Below, piece by piece: positions 38,907 through 51,108 of a stretch of DNA of 64,000 bases. This DNA comes from Carpediemonas membranifera BICM (Eukaryota > Protista > Fornicata). The stretch lies in the NCBI GenBank assembly GCA_019828565.1, contig JAHDYR010000066.1, positions 434,001-498,000 of the forward strand, written 5' to 3'. The notes under the pieces were generated by a model, which ran no database searches, was not told the DNA's origin, and worked only from the letters and a program-made list of their open reading frames with translations. The position numbers were made by a program, and so were the translations under genes. Every line of letters starts with the position of its first letter. Position 1 is the stretch's first letter.

Positions 38907-41582
38907 TTAAGACATGGAGGCGAATACAGCAGCGGCAGCTTGTCCAAGGTCTGGGCGACCCGCCTTGCCGGCATGCCGAAGCGTCGTCACGCTGGCCCTG
39001 ATGCCGTCGGCCTGGGACCCGAGAACAGGGATCATCTGGCCTAGAGCTTGGCACGCCAGCACGGCCAGGGCCTCCCTCTCGTCGTCCAGACGCTCCTGCA
39101 GCCCCTGTACCAGCTGCAGCACGGCCTCTTGACTCTCGGCGGACCCGGCCTGTATCGCCTCGATGTGCCCGATCAGCGCTGGCCCGGTCAGCGTGAGGGT
39201 GGCCCGGATAGCGGCCTCGCGGGTCGGGGCCTTGTCGACGGACTTCATGTTGTCCGTGATCGCCGTCAGCGCGGCCACCGTGCGGGCTGCAGGCCACGCG
39301 GACCCAGTGACCGTGGCAGTGTCCGAGAAAATGACTGGCAGCAGCCCGAGCAGGGCCACGATGCCGCCCTCGAACCCGCTGCGCCAGCCGATGAGGCCGG
39401 CCGCACCCTCGGTCTTGGGCTGGTAGAGCTGCTCGAACATGCCAGACTCAAGTAGTGAACGCCGTGCGTCCGCATCCAGGGCCTCGAGCAGTGCAGCGAG
39501 GAGCTGGGTCTCCGTGACGGCGACGGCCATCATCCCCGGTACCTTGTTCCCCACGACCTGGTCGAGCAGTAGGCGGGCCCACGCACCCTGCTGACCCGCC
39601 TCGACCATGGACACGAGCCCGGCCTCGAGGACGGCGGCCATGGTCTGGAGGCCCAAGGTCCGGCGGGCCCCGTCCTCCCATGAGTCCATCTGACACAACA
39701 GCTCGACTGTGGACGTGATGGTCGACGCCACCACCGGCATCTCGGCCAGAGGCGTCTCGATGGATGCCGGGGCCAGCGCCTTCACGGCGACGATGCAGAA
39801 CCCGAGGTCGGCGTCGTCGTCCAGGGCGGGGAGGGTGGCGGCCTCGACGAGCAGGGCGCCGGTCTCCTCGACGACCTCATCGACGGTGGAGTTCGCCCGG
39901 ATCATCTCCCGGACGGGCCGCATGAGCTGGACCATCGGGTGGGAGTCGGGCGGTGTCATGTCGGACCAGACGCCCAGGGACTCGCGGAGCAGCGTCAGCG
40001 TCGCCTTGCGGACATCGAGCTCAGACAGCCAGTCCTTGAAGACCTGGACCATCGTGTCGCATGGTGTGAATGCGACAGACACCTGGAACGTCTTGATGAT
40101 GTCGGCACGAATGGCATCCGTCGGAGCTTCTGCCAACGCCTGCCGGAGACCCCGCCTGACCTGGGCCTGACCCGTGCCCTGGTCCTCAGTGAACAGCAGC
40201 AGCGCCCGCAGATACCTGATGGCGGGGTGCAGGTTCTGCCGGTGCACCGTCTGGTCATGGAAGTCCCGCAGGATGGCCGGGACGTGCTTGGGGGCCACGG
40301 ACCGGACGAACTGGCGAGTTGTAAAGGGGGGCCGGGTGATGATGGACCCGCCCAGGTCGATGTGGTTCAGGCCGGGGAAGACCTCGGGCCAGGACGCATG
40401 GTCCTTGGAGTCCGCGGCGCCCAGCTCGTTCACCTCCGTGACCACGTCGTGTTTGCCGGGCTGGGTCGAGGCGTGCCTCTCGCGGTCGTCCTGCCACACG
40501 GCGGCCACGACATCCAGCGCCAGCACCGCGATCGTCGCCAGCGGGACGTTGCCCGAGGCGTCGCAGCCGGGCTCTCCAGGCCGGGGTAGCAGCTTGGCTG
40601 GTATGTCGTACGTGTCAACCCATGAGGGAAGCTCGTCCGTGGCGTCAGACACGGCCGTCTTGCTGCGGATGGACTTGGGCCGAAGCAGCTCCTTCGGCTC
40701 GCCGCCCCGGGCACGCCACACCGGTATCTTGACGTCGTTGGTGAGTTGGTCGAGGATGACGACGAGCTGGGTGGTCACCATCATGTCCCGATCCCGGGCC
40801 CTGGTTAGCACGTGCACCGCGCCCAGCAGCAGATGGAACTTGAGGAAGTTGCTGTCCCGCTCCTTGACGGTGGCCCAGAGCTTCATGATGATCTCCGTTC
40901 CGACGGCATTAGTCTGCGACTGGTACTGCCGCTCGTGCCCCTCGGGTCCGACCGCCACCATCTCGCCCTCGACGTTGGGGACCGGCTCCTCGAACATGGC
41001 GACGAGGCGGCAGACACAGGGGATGACAAACGTGTCCTTAGGGTTGGGCGGGTACGCCTTCCTGCTGCCTACGGGGCCATTGACGAGAGCGGACATGATC
41101 TGCCACACCATACCGGACTGAACCAGCAGCGTCTTCAGGACGTTGGCCGTCTCGGTGTGTCGGTCGAAGAGGGGGTCGAGGCGAGCCAGAAGAGACAGAA
41201 GCACCCTGGTACTGCTGCGGTATATCAGCTGGTCCTCGTAGGACCTGAAGCTGTGGGCCAAGACGGCGAGGAACTCGGATAGGGCTGTGAAATTTCCCTC
41301 GGACATGAAGGGGTCGAGAAGTGCGTCGATAAGAGCGTTCTGACGGACGATAGTTGCAAGCGGCTCTATTTTGATGTAGAACAGATGCTCATCGTCGATT
41401 TCAATTGTCGTAAAAAGGGAATGCACGTAGGAACGAAGCGCTTCGGGCTTGTTCTCGTCAGGAAGCGCGGCGAAATGGCAATTATCAGCACCAAACAACA
41501 TATTCACAGTTTTCTCTATCGTTTGCTCACTCTTTTGCATAGCCGTTATCTCCTTGAGGGAGATAGCGAAGAGGTCTGTCAT
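38907..41582 (-). CDS. Large HEAT/ARM-repeat helical protein, function unknown
   Basis: 891-aa helical ORF with a C-terminal HEAT-like LQERLDDEREALAVLACQAL segment. Confidence 0.7.
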   Translation of the reverse strand: MTDLFAISLKEITAMQKSEQTIEKTVNMLFGADNCHFAALPDENKPEALRSYVHSLFTTIEIDDEHLFYIKIEPLATIVRQNALIDALLDPFMSEGNFTALSEFLAVLAHSFRSYEDQLIYRSSTRVLLSLLARLDPLFDRHTETANVLKTLLVQSGMVWQIMSALVNGPVGSRKAYPPNPKDTFVIPCVCRLVAMFEEPVPNVEGEMVAVGPEGHERQYQSQTNAVGTEIIMKLWATVKERDSNFLKFHLLLGAVHVLTRARDRDMMVTTQLVVILDQLTNDVKIPVWRARGGEPKELLRPKSIRSKTAVSDATDELPSWVDTYDIPAKLLPRPGEPGCDASGNVPLATIAVLALDVVAAVWQDDRERHASTQPGKHDVVTEVNELGAADSKDHASWPEVFPGLNHIDLGGSIITRPPFTTRQFVRSVAPKHVPAILRDFHDQTVHRQNLHPAIRYLRALLLFTEDQGTGQAQVRRGLRQALAEAPTDAIRADIIKTFQVSVAFTPCDTMVQVFKDWLSELDVRKATLTLLRESLGVWSDMTPPDSHPMVQLMRPVREMIRANSTVDEVVEETGALLVEAATLPALDDDADLGFCIVAVKALAPASIETPLAEMPVVASTITSTVELLCQMDSWEDGARRTLGLQTMAAVLEAGLVSMVEAGQQGAWARLLLDQVVGNKVPGMMAVAVTETQLLAALLEALDADARRSLLESGMFEQLYQPKTEGAAGLIGWRSGFEGGIVALLGLLPVIFSDTATVTGSAWPAARTVAALTAITDNMKSVDKAPTREAAIRATLTLTGPALIGHIEAIQAGSAESQEAVLQLVQGLQERLDDEREALAVLACQALGQMIPVLGSQADGIRASVTTLRHAGKAGRPDLGQAAAAVFASMS

Positions 41583-41704
41583 TTCGATCAGATGTTGATT
41601 CTGATCGGCCCCGCCCCTGGAGAGCTTGGGGCACCCCAGCCTGACTAGTAGCTAGCATCGCTGGAGATCAGCGGCCTGTGAATTTATCATGCTGGGTGAC
41701 CTGG

Positions 41705-42349
41705 TCAGAAGTCGGAATCAGAGTCGTCTTCGCTCACGGCATTCGCGTCGTCCTCCGCGACCTCCTCGGGCCTGGGTCTGTTGGGGTTGCCGTCTGTCAG
41801 AGGGTCCCACTGGTCCCGCTCCTCCCGCTCCCTCACGGCCTGCTCCATGTACTGCCGCTGAGCCTCGATCACCTCCTCGGATGTTGTACACGCCGAATAC
41901 CGCTCGAGGAGCTCGTTGTTGAGTTGGAAGAATGCATGGCCCCACTTGAACCGCGACATCAGCTCTCTCGACTCATCCTTCAGCCCGCAGATGTACAGGG
42001 CGCCCGCATACGCCTCGGCACAGGTCAGGGTAGTCGGCTTGCCGTAGTTGACGGGGTTGGCCGCGATGAGGAAGGGCAGCAGGCGGGCAAACCGGCCGCT
42101 GAGCTTGCCCCAGGAGACCTCGCCGAGACGCGCCCAGCTGCAGTCGATTACAGCGAGTCCGTGTGCCAGCACTATCTCCTTATCAGCGGGAGAGATCGTG
42201 CTCTGGCCCTTTGGTGAGAGAATCACGCCGGGGAAGAACTGTGTGAGTGCCAGCTCATCGACAACACCCTGATGCGCTAGTTTCCTGCCTGTACACCTCT
42301 TAGGATCACATTGATCAAAATCCCAAAGGGCAAGACGCGGAAGAACCAT
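41705..42349 (-). CDS. TSR3: 18S rRNA aminocarboxypropyltransferase Tsr3
   Basis: WDFDQCDPKRCTGRKL, DCSWARL, RLLPFLIAANPVNYGKP..LTCAEA, FKWGHAFFQLN. Confidence 0.96.
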   Translation of the reverse strand: MVLPRLALWDFDQCDPKRCTGRKLAHQGVVDELALTQFFPGVILSPKGQSTISPADKEIVLAHGLAVIDCSWARLGEVSWGKLSGRFARLLPFLIAANPVNYGKPTTLTCAEAYAGALYICGLKDESRELMSRFKWGHAFFQLNNELLERYSACTTSEEVIEAQRQYMEQAVREREERDQWDPLTDGNPNRPRPEEVAEDDANAVSEDDSDSDF

Positions 42350-42397
42350 CCGACGACTTCGTTCATGCCGATTTATGACGATACATGTGATCATGTA

Positions 42398-44831
42398 TCA
42401 AGAAAGAAAACTCAATAAACGCTGCGCAGTCACCGCATTGTGTCCATTAGTGCACCGGACCTCTGGATCCCCTGCTGGCGGGGCTTTCCGCTTCTTTTCG
42501 GGGTCATAGCGGCTACTCCCGATGGCCTGGAGGACCAGCGCCTTCTCCGGCCCCACGCAGCCGATCAGCTCATCGACACTGGCAGTGAAGACCTCTGCCA
42601 AGCACCCGAACCTGGTCCTGAGGCGGTTGAGGAGGTGCAGGACCGGGTCCGCCCGTACAGTCCGCGGGCCCAGACGACCGCCCACGAGTGCCCGCAGGAG
42701 CTTCAACTGGGCTGGCTCAGAGTCCTGGCTGGCCACTTGGGACAGCGTGGCCACCTTATCCTGCACTTCTTTGACAGAGGACGAGGTCACGCGGCGATGG
42801 ACCCTGTCCACAAAGGACTCAGGCCCGTTGGTCCAGCTGAAGCGGATGCCGGGGACATGGAGCAGCAGCGTGGCGATCAAGCCCACGGGACGTCCGGCAT
42901 AGAGGTCGCCGATGTTAGCCCCGGCGACGTCTACCATGAGGAGCGGCACAGGGAAGCGGGTGACGAGCTCGGCCGCCTGGTGGTACAGCCGCGAGTCCAG
43001 CGAGCCGAGGAGGTCCGCGAAGGCCTTTCTCTCGATGCCGACATCCTTCCCGGGGACGTAATCTGCGATGGGAAGTGTCAGCGGGACGACCGTCGCCCCG
43101 GACGACAGCAGCATCAACGGGATCTCACTACCGAACTCGCGGGTGTCCACCGCGACGGCGACGCCGCTCAGTTGCTGCTCGGTCGACATCGGCTGGGCCT
43201 GCATGGCGAGCTTCTGCCCGGCCAGCCGCTCGAACGCAATGCTCTCGGCCCGGGACTCCTCGGTCGCCGCGGCTTCGTGGTGGGCGAACATGACGACCGG
43301 GTGGCCAGGTGTCATGGCTCGGAACGTCTCGATCGTCCGTGTGACGTACAGGGTCGGCTCGATGACGACGAACACGGACGGTCGGGCCCCTATGAGCCAG
43401 TTCAGCAGGTACGGCCCGGGGTTCGTTGTGACGGTCACCCTTCCGCTGTCACTCTGGACAAGGGGGAACGTGGAGTCGTCGGACGGGATCATCGTCGTCC
43501 GGACCTTGCTCAGGTCAACGCCGGTCAATGCATCCTTGACCTTCCCGCCGACGTCCTGGCCACCAGCAACCCCGGCCTCGACGATGCTGAGGGCCGACAC
43601 GGCCAGGGCGGCGACGTCTGGTGGGAGCTGTTGCTCGATCACCAGGCAGGCCAGCGTCGCGATAGTTGTCATCAGCGGTGCGGGCAGGATAACGCACACG
43701 GGGCCGGCCCCCGGCGTTCGGATCATGTGGGCGGCCTTGCTGAGCTGGACAGAGACCGCCCGGATGGTGGGGGCGATGACGGGGCTGTTCGTGAGGACCG
43801 ACTGGGCTGTCATCAGGATCTGGTTGCCGAGATCCGATCCGATCCAACTGTGTCTGCCCGGCCGAGTGCGGGACTCCCTCGCCCTGACGAAGACGGCTTG
43901 GGCGATGGCTCCAGGGTCGTCGTGCAGATCCGCGATGAGGCCCGCGATGTCCTCGAGCTTCTCAGTCATGGCCCGCGGCATCCCCCTGCTCGTCCGGACA
44001 AGACCACGGATGGCGTCCGGGGCCAGGTCGCCCTGGGGCGGGCTGGGGACCACAGACCCGGGCACAGTCGCCGCCGCTGCCAGCTCTGCCCGGATGGCGT
44101 CGGATGCGCAGGATAGCACCCGGCGCATCTCCTCGCACGTGTTGTTCGGTGTCGTGACGAGGGTGACGGGGTGCCGGCTGACCGATTCCTCGACCTCTTT
44201 GCGGTGTCGTGGCCACAGATTCGCCCGGCCAACCGAGAGCGACGTCATCAGTCGCCGGACAGTGGTTGCAGAGTCAAGTCGCGCAACCTGGTCAGTGAAG
44301 GCAACTAGCCACGGCTTGTGGGTCAGACTGGCGTTCCGGGCGTACTTAATGAAGTGAGTCGCAGCCTTGGCACCGATGGAGTACTGCGATAGCAAGCTGT
44401 GGGCGTGGAGCACGACGACACCCCGGATGGCGCCGTGGAGAAGCGTCCCGGCCGCTACATCGAGGGCAGCGATACGAACCGTGGTAAAGACCACGCCGCC
44501 GCGTTGGTACATCTTGGCTCGAGCTGCAGAGGGCGTGTCGACGTTGAGTTTGACGGGGTGTGCCGATGGGTCGACGCCGATGGCAGCAAGTGACGCGCAC
44601 AGCGCCTCGTGGCTGCAGTAACGGGAATGCTCGTTGATCTGCGGTAATATGGCTGGTAATAGTTTGACAAACAACAAGGATGACGGGGTGTACGTCCTCA
44701 TCGCGCGGTGGCGCCCTGCAGAACCGGGACAGAAAGAGGGCGACAAGGTGGTTGATTCCCATGCCCTTTCCCATTACTAGCAGGCCTGGCTCATCCACCA
44801 ACGAGGCGCATATGGACAGATGAAAGGACAT
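42398..44831 (-). CDS. ERCC4: XPF/ERCC4 (Rad1) structure-specific endonuclease; intron 44639-44672
   Basis: GLLVMGKGMG N-terminus joins via a 34-nt intron to YQRGGVVFTTVRIAALD, AFTD and LWPRHR. Nuclease motif VDTREF..ADY..IERKAFADLLGSL. Confidence 0.88.
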
Positions 44832-44901
44832 GGATGCCTGCCTCATCAGACGATGACCCGAGGCCTTTATTGAGTGAAACATGGCGCTCAATGCCCCTCC
44901 A

Positions 44902-45840
44902 TCACGACACGAGAGACGTATACTCGTCTGCAGACGGCCTGCTCTTCCTCCGTATCAGACGGGACGTGCGACTGAGGTTGAGGGACATGCCGAGGTCCAC
45001 GAGGAGCACGAGGACAACAAAGATCACCTCCAGGGGCAGCACAAGGGATGTGAGGTGCAAAATGATGGTGCCACACTCAACCCACAGCGAAGCGCCGCTG
45101 AGGATGATGGCGCCGATGAAAATGATCGACGTCAGTGCGTTGATGACAAACATCGGGATCGGGGCCGCCAGTAGAGTCACGCAGACGCCGTTGAAGCGGT
45201 TGGGGTTGTTAGACTTACCCCGCTTGATACACACAATGGCGCCGCCCAGACAGAGCCCGCAAACGAAGATGTGGAGTACGTCAGTGAGCCGTCTGAGGCT
45301 GAACAGAAGAAATATGCGGGTGGAGCTGGTGATGATGGTGAGGAGGAAGAAGATAATGATCATGACGTACTCGAACCACTGGAAGAGCAGCTTGTTCTTC
45401 CTGTTCCTGAGGTGGTTCTCCTGGTCCCGATCCATGATGCACCGAAGAAGAAAGACACCGGTAATCATGGAGACAACCTCAAACATGTGCGGCCCTAGCT
45501 CCATGACGAAGAGGGATGCGAAGGATGTGGCGGAAAACTCGATCTTCAGCAGCTTGTGGTCGAATGCTTGCCGGGGTGGGAAAACAGTGAGCTCGCCCTC
45601 GATGTTGCCCACGTAATAGCAACAACGGCCCACAAGAGCCCATAAAGCAAAAACTAAAAGGCCAACCATCCGCTTACTGAAGCCTGTACGCGCGGTATGA
45701 GAGGACATGACGATAACGACGTAGGTCATCACTACGATGATAGATATGGCATGAACAAGGATCACAAAGAGACCAATGATGTGATTCGGGTCAAAGAAGA
45801 GCTTGCACCACACCAGAAGTGATTCCAGTATCGACGCCAT
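44902..45840 (-). CDS. Polytopic (about 7 TM) membrane protein
   Basis: About seven hydrophobic segments and a short basic tail. No family recognised. Confidence 0.7.
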   Translation of the reverse strand: MASILESLLVWCKLFFDPNHIIGLFVILVHAISIIVVMTYVVIVMSSHTARTGFSKRMVGLLVFALWALVGRCCYYVGNIEGELTVFPPRQAFDHKLLKIEFSATSFASLFVMELGPHMFEVVSMITGVFLLRCIMDRDQENHLRNRKNKLLFQWFEYVMIIIFFLLTIITSSTRIFLLFSLRRLTDVLHIFVCGLCLGGAIVCIKRGKSNNPNRFNGVCVTLLAAPIPMFVINALTSIIFIGAIILSGASLWVECGTIILHLTSLVLPLEVIFVVLVLLVDLGMSLNLSRTSRLIRRKSRPSADEYTSLVS

Positions 45841-46049
45841 CGTTGCTGGGGCTATCCTGCGGGACATGTCCACGTCGCACGACACACCTGGTCAACACTG
45901 GGTAACAGTAGGATGCTTTTATACGGGCAAGTGCCCTTCTATTGCCTCTTTTGTCTTGTCACTTCATCAGAACGACACGCTTCTCAAACAGGGGTAAAAA
46001 TGTTTAATGGCACACGACATGGTCGTGCACGGTGCAGCCCTACAAGGGT

Positions 46050-47885
46050 CTACACCAAACCGGCATATATGACGCGGTACCGGTCATGCTGGTCGATATG
46101 AACATCCCGTCGGCACAGATTGTTCTCGAGGAACGAAAGCCGCTGCAGCCCCATGCTAAAGGGGAACTTGCCGCAGTTGGATGTGATCTGGGCCAGGTCG
46201 ACCCCGCTCCGACTGAGTCTCGACTGGACCGACTCTACCCGACTCCCGTCCTGCCCCCGCTTGATGGCGGCCACGTACTCCTGGCGCCGGGCCATAGCAG
46301 CGTTGTAAACGGGCCGGTGGAGCTCCAACTCGGCTAGGATCATGGCGCGGGCGTGTTCAAGGACCTCGATTGGCCCATCGTGCGGGGTGAAACGGCAGTA
46401 GGACCATAGGGGACCGTAGCTGGGGTCCGCCAGCACGGCCAGCCGCTTGATGTCGGAGATATCGGCCCCAGGGCCATAGGTGGCGAGCTGCAGCCGCAGG
46501 AGCTCTATGAGGGGATCGCCAAACTGCCCAGTGAGGTCGACAGCGAGGTTCAGCATGCGGCGGGAGGCGGACACACTGAAGTTCGTGTTGAGCGGGTTGA
46601 GCGCAATGCGTGCGGCCTCGGTCCAGACTTCGCCGCTCTTTGGACATGCGGCCAGGGCCTTCTCGAGGACATCCTGTTGGGCTTCTTGCCCGTGGGCCTG
46701 GGTCAGGGAGATGATGCGTGCCCAGATCCTGCCCGTGGAGGGGGAGATCGCCACTGCCTTCGATGAGACCTCCAGCGCCGTCTCGATGTCGCCCATCATG
46801 CGGTATATGTCTATCGCCTCAACCCACACCGTCCACGAGGCCGCATAGTCGATGCAGCCCTGGTCCAGCAGGTCGGCGGCGTGCTCGACATCCCCCGCGA
46901 GTGCGGCCGACCTCGCCCTGTCCAGGATGATCGAGCAGGCAGCCCTTCCCTGCGACTCGCCCTCAGCCAGGTCTTGGAGTGCTGAGCAGGCTCGGGTAAG
47001 ACCCAGCGCGGCCTCTAGCCGAGACCCCGCGAGCCACACCTTCCATCGCTGGGAGGGGGGACATATTGGGAGGACCCGGACGAAGTGGGACCGCGCCATG
47101 ACAGGAAGACCCGCGTGGGCCAGCGCGCGGCCCGTCTCGAGTGTCATACGCCACATTGCATCCTCTGGGAGGTGCTGGTAGGCCTTGGTGACGTGCCGCA
47201 GGACGGTGTCGATGTGGAAGTTGTTGGTTCGCTGTCGGTGGTCCTCGATCGCGACGTCATACTTCTCTGGGTTGGACAGCTTGGAGAGGTACGTCAGCTC
47301 GTACAGTCGGACGGTCTCGAGCCACAACGGCGAGTACCGCGGACACAGTCGCAGGCCGCGCTCGCAGATGGCCAGGGCGCGCTGCACATTGCCGAACCGC
47401 ATCTCGACCTTGACGATCTCGAAGTACGCCGGGCCGAACTTCCTCATGACTTCGAGGACGTGCTCGTAGACCCTCCAGACGACATCGGGCCGCCCGTCCA
47501 AGTGCTCGATCATGGTGGCCTCAATGAGGATGCGCCAGCACTGGTCCACGGGCACGTCGGAGAGATTACCCACGAGTGAGCGGGCCATGTCGAACCGGTT
47601 GTGCTTCATGAGAAGCCGGATGGCGGGGAGATAGAGCTGCTCGGAGCGCGGGATGTAGCGAATGCCGCGGATCAGCTGCTTCACTGCAGCCTCGTCATCG
47701 CCCAGCTCCTCTGAGAGTTTTGCTCCTTCCACCCATGCGGCGACTTCACGAGGATTCGATGCTTGTGCCTGTGTATACAGCTCCTTCGCTGTCGCATAGT
47801 CGCCATCCTTCTTATGCAAATGTGCATCATTCAATCGCGATTCTTGCTTTCTTCTAGCGTTGTGGAAGCCTGACTTCTGAGGCAT
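46050..47885 (-). CDS. HAT/TPR-repeat protein (PRP6/crooked-neck-like repeats)
   Basis: Recurring W-x-E-x-A(R/K) helical repeats: PREVAAWVEGAK, PRYSPLWLE, PKSGEVWTEAAR. Confidence 0.75.
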   Translation of the reverse strand: MPQKSGFHNARRKQESRLNDAHLHKKDGDYATAKELYTQAQASNPREVAAWVEGAKLSEELGDDEAAVKQLIRGIRYIPRSEQLYLPAIRLLMKHNRFDMARSLVGNLSDVPVDQCWRILIEATMIEHLDGRPDVVWRVYEHVLEVMRKFGPAYFEIVKVEMRFGNVQRALAICERGLRLCPRYSPLWLETVRLYELTYLSKLSNPEKYDVAIEDHRQRTNNFHIDTVLRHVTKAYQHLPEDAMWRMTLETGRALAHAGLPVMARSHFVRVLPICPPSQRWKVWLAGSRLEAALGLTRACSALQDLAEGESQGRAACSIILDRARSAALAGDVEHAADLLDQGCIDYAASWTVWVEAIDIYRMMGDIETALEVSSKAVAISPSTGRIWARIISLTQAHGQEAQQDVLEKALAACPKSGEVWTEAARIALNPLNTNFSVSASRRMLNLAVDLTGQFGDPLIELLRLQLATYGPGADISDIKRLAVLADPSYGPLWSYCRFTPHDGPIEVLEHARAMILAELELHRPVYNAAMARRQEYVAAIKRGQDGSRVESVQSRLSRSGVDLAQITSNCGKFPFSMGLQRLSFLENNLCRRDVHIDQHDRYRVIYAGLV

Positions 47886-47984
47886 CCCAACATCTGAATT
47901 TTCGGGAAATTTTTAGGTGTGTGCTTTGGTCAATCTGGACCGTTGCTGTCGCCCCGGTCGCCCGAAGTCTGCCAGCATGCTTTA

Positions 47985-49965
47985 TTACATCCGCTTGGCC
48001 ACGTTCGCCAGGGCCAACTCGTGGGCCTCGAGGTACTTCTCCCCCACGACGTCCCAGCCGACGTTGAGGCTCGCCCGCTCCGTCTTGGACCGCAGCTCGA
48101 CCCTTTCGCGGCGGGACAGCTGCGTGTACTGGAAGAGGGTGTTGGCGATGCGCTGCACCGTCTGGTCTGCGGGGATGTACTCCCGGTCGACCACGTTCAC
48201 ACCAGTCCGGGTCGTCCGCCAGAAGTTCTCGTCCGCCGGGGTCGGCCGCTCTGCCTGCAGCTGCTCCTCAAGCCCCTCGATGAACCGGCCGAAGCCGGAG
48301 ACGTTGCTGGTGATGGAGACGACGCCCGCCTGCATGCACTCCGCGGGGGTGTAGCCGAACGGCTCGTAGTACGACGGGAAGCAGCCGACGTGGCAGCCGC
48401 GGACGAAGTCGGTGTAGTCCATCTTGAAGAGGGGCGACGCGCTCGACACGAACTCGGGGTGGAAGATGACCTTGACCCGGTCGCCGAACGAGTTGAACAG
48501 CCCCAGCTCCCGGATCTTGCACAGGATCGCGTCGTTCGAGTCGTCCACCAGCTGGTGCGTCACGACAGGCGGGAACTCGGACCGCTGCATCTGGGCCGCA
48601 AGTCGCCGCAGTTTAACGCCTTCCTTGGGGCTGATGAAGGCGCTGGTGTCGACCTCCCGGCCGCGGGTCATGGCCTCAGCGATCTGCCGGGACACGCTCT
48701 TTCCGATGGCCTCTGCTGTCTCGAGGATGTCCTGCTGCACCGACATCCCGCGGAGGGTGTCAACGTGGTAGTTTCTGGTCTTGGCCGGGAAGATGAGGAA
48801 GAAGAACACCGTGACGTCGCTGCCCTCCTGGATGAGGCGGCGGTTGAGCGCGGCGAGGGCCTCGAGGGTGACGTCGATGCCCTTGTTGATGAACTCGTAC
48901 CGGCCGGCGCTGAACATGTACACGACCTTGTCCGGGTCGACGTCCTTGAGGGCCCCCGAGAAGTGGCCCTGGATGAACTTGGTGATGTTGGTCTTGCTGT
49001 TCTGGTGCTCGATCTGAAGGTGGTGCAGCAGGCTGAGGTTCGTGGGCGGCAGGCCGTTGAGCGTGACCACGTCCGGCTTACGCCCCAGGATATGCTGGGC
49101 CTCGGTCGCCGTCACCTCGGACACGGTCGTAAACACGTCACACTCCCGGGCCGCGCTCTTCTCGACGGCGTGCTCCGTCCAGCAACCCCGGGTGCCGGCC
49201 TCTCGGTCGGCGTCGACGTACTGGATGGCGCGGTAGAAGTCCTGGTTGCCGGCACACAGGTAGCGGCCGACGACCGTGGCGTGAGTGGTGAAGCATGTGG
49301 CGTACGGCGGGCTGTACTTGGCGGGGTCGAGGCTGTGTGAGGCGCTGGGTGGGGGGTGCTTACCGCGTGTTCTCCTTGAGCAGCAGCAGACCGATTGCGC
49401 TGAGCCACTCGTGGAAGTGGACGACAATGTCGGGGGTGTTGGTGGGGGTGAAAACCTCCCGCCGGACGTAGTCCAGGAACTCGGCGACCATGCAGCCGAA
49501 CACAAAGGCATCCCACTGGAAGGCGTTGTGGTCCTTGAACTCGCCGAACCCCACGTTGAACCGCTCCCGCAGGATACGCCGATACCGGTCAATAGTCGGG
49601 GTGAACGCCGCTGGGTACATCAGGTCGAACAGCACCGCGCGGGGGTTGCCCTCCACCAGCCAGCGGCCGTAGTGGATGGTCACACCACGCTCACGCTGCA
49701 TCTTCTCTATGGCTGGGCCGAGTTGGGAGTACGGAAGGTCCTCGAATTCGAAGGCGGCGTCCTTGGGGATGTATGGGCCAAGAAGAACCATGTTGTCGCC
49801 GTAATTTTCGACGAAGAACGGCGTTTTCGACTTCAAAACAGTGTAGATACCGCCCACCTTGTGCGCTACCTCCAAACTGACGTCAAACAGGATCTGGGGA
49901 TCAGATCTCTCACTGTTCTCACTTCTTGTGGTGCCGCCTTCCGTGTTTCTGTTGTTTCGGACCAT
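47985..49965 (-). CDS. Glycogen synthase (GT3); intron 49333-49363
   Basis: EVAHKVGGIYTVLKSK, HFHEW, FTTHATVVGRYLC, AGRYEFINKG, RGCHVGCFPSYYEPFGYTPAEC. A 31-nt GTAAGC..CAG intron joins the two ORFs. Confidence 0.95.
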
Positions 49966-50293
49966 GTTCGGTTTTTGGTTCTCTGGCGGGTCAAGTGGTC
50001 GTTGTTGACGAGCGACGACTGACACGACGACCGACGCGGACTGCCCGTCTCGCGAGCGACAGTTGTGGCTACCGGTGATGAGACTAATCATGGCCATCTC
50101 CGGCGTGGTGACCCGCTGGCTCCGTGTCACGACGCAGGCTGACTCGATGTGACTCGGGGGAAAGTTCGGCAGAAATTCCCGATAATTGAGCCAGAAGAGA
50201 CATACATGACTCAGACTCGAGACGGCCTGGGCATTTATGTGTCTGAACCGGGTCTACATGACTCACTGTAACTCATCGGAACAAACTCTCAGA

Positions 50294-50918
50294 ATGAAAC
50301 CTATCTCACTATTGTATGAGCTTGAGCGCCAGCTGTTTGTTCCCCACCGCCCGATTACCAAGCAAAATCCTCCCCCATAGCTCGCCTTCCGGGTTCGTAG
50401 TTGTGCCCGACAGGAACGACGTGTTGCGCTGGTTCGGTGTCATCTTTGTACGCTCAGGGCTGTACACCGGCGGAATATTCCACTTTACGATCGAGTACCC
50501 TGATGCATTCCCGTCTGAGCTGCCGCAGTTCCGGTTCCTCACCCCTCTGTATCATCCATTCGTCGCACCCGGTGACGGCTCCGTGGACATCTCTGGCGCC
50601 TTCGACACAAACGATGTGAAGATAACGGATGCCCTTGAGTATATTAAGGTTCTTTTCTGCCTCACCGACGAGATCCAGGCCGGCGATGTCCGAATCCTTA
50701 ACCCTGTTGCTTTCAAGCAGCTGCAGCAGGCCAAGTCACAGTTTGAGGAGGAGGCAAATCAGTGTGCGGCGACGGCTAGCAAGTCTCCGAATCATCCTGA
50801 GTCTGAGCTGAAGTTCAGCCGGCCGAACAAGGAGCACCGGGCACTGCACGACTTCATCCTGACCAAGGAGTGGACCGCGCGGGACTTCGACTGGGGCAAG
50901 TACTTCACCGCCAGCTGA
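50294..50918 (+). CDS. AKTIP/FTS-like ubiquitin E2 variant (catalytically inactive); intron 50335-50380
   Basis: WFGVIFVRSGLYTGGIFHFTI; YHPFV..DGSVDI has Asp in place of the catalytic Cys. Spliced N-terminus reads SLLYELERQLSPSG. Confidence 0.8.
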
Positions 50919-51108
50919 GAGGGCGGGTGAGCAGATGATAAACGCCGTGCCGAATGCTTTGGACGTGGGTGCAGTTTGGAGTGAATACAACGATTGCGAT
51001 GCAGGGAAGCGCATGCAGTGGGTTGACACGAGTCCGTGACCACCAGTCTCTGCTGGGGGAGGCGGTGCTCGAGATGCGAAAAAGGTGCAACAGAACGAAA
51101 ATTTCCAA

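Noticed and set aside
42440-49340. Long antisense ORFs (42440-44116, 43068-44357, 47919-49340; likewise 12044-13315)
   Set aside because: These are shadows of GC3-rich genes on the opposite strand and carry no motifs.
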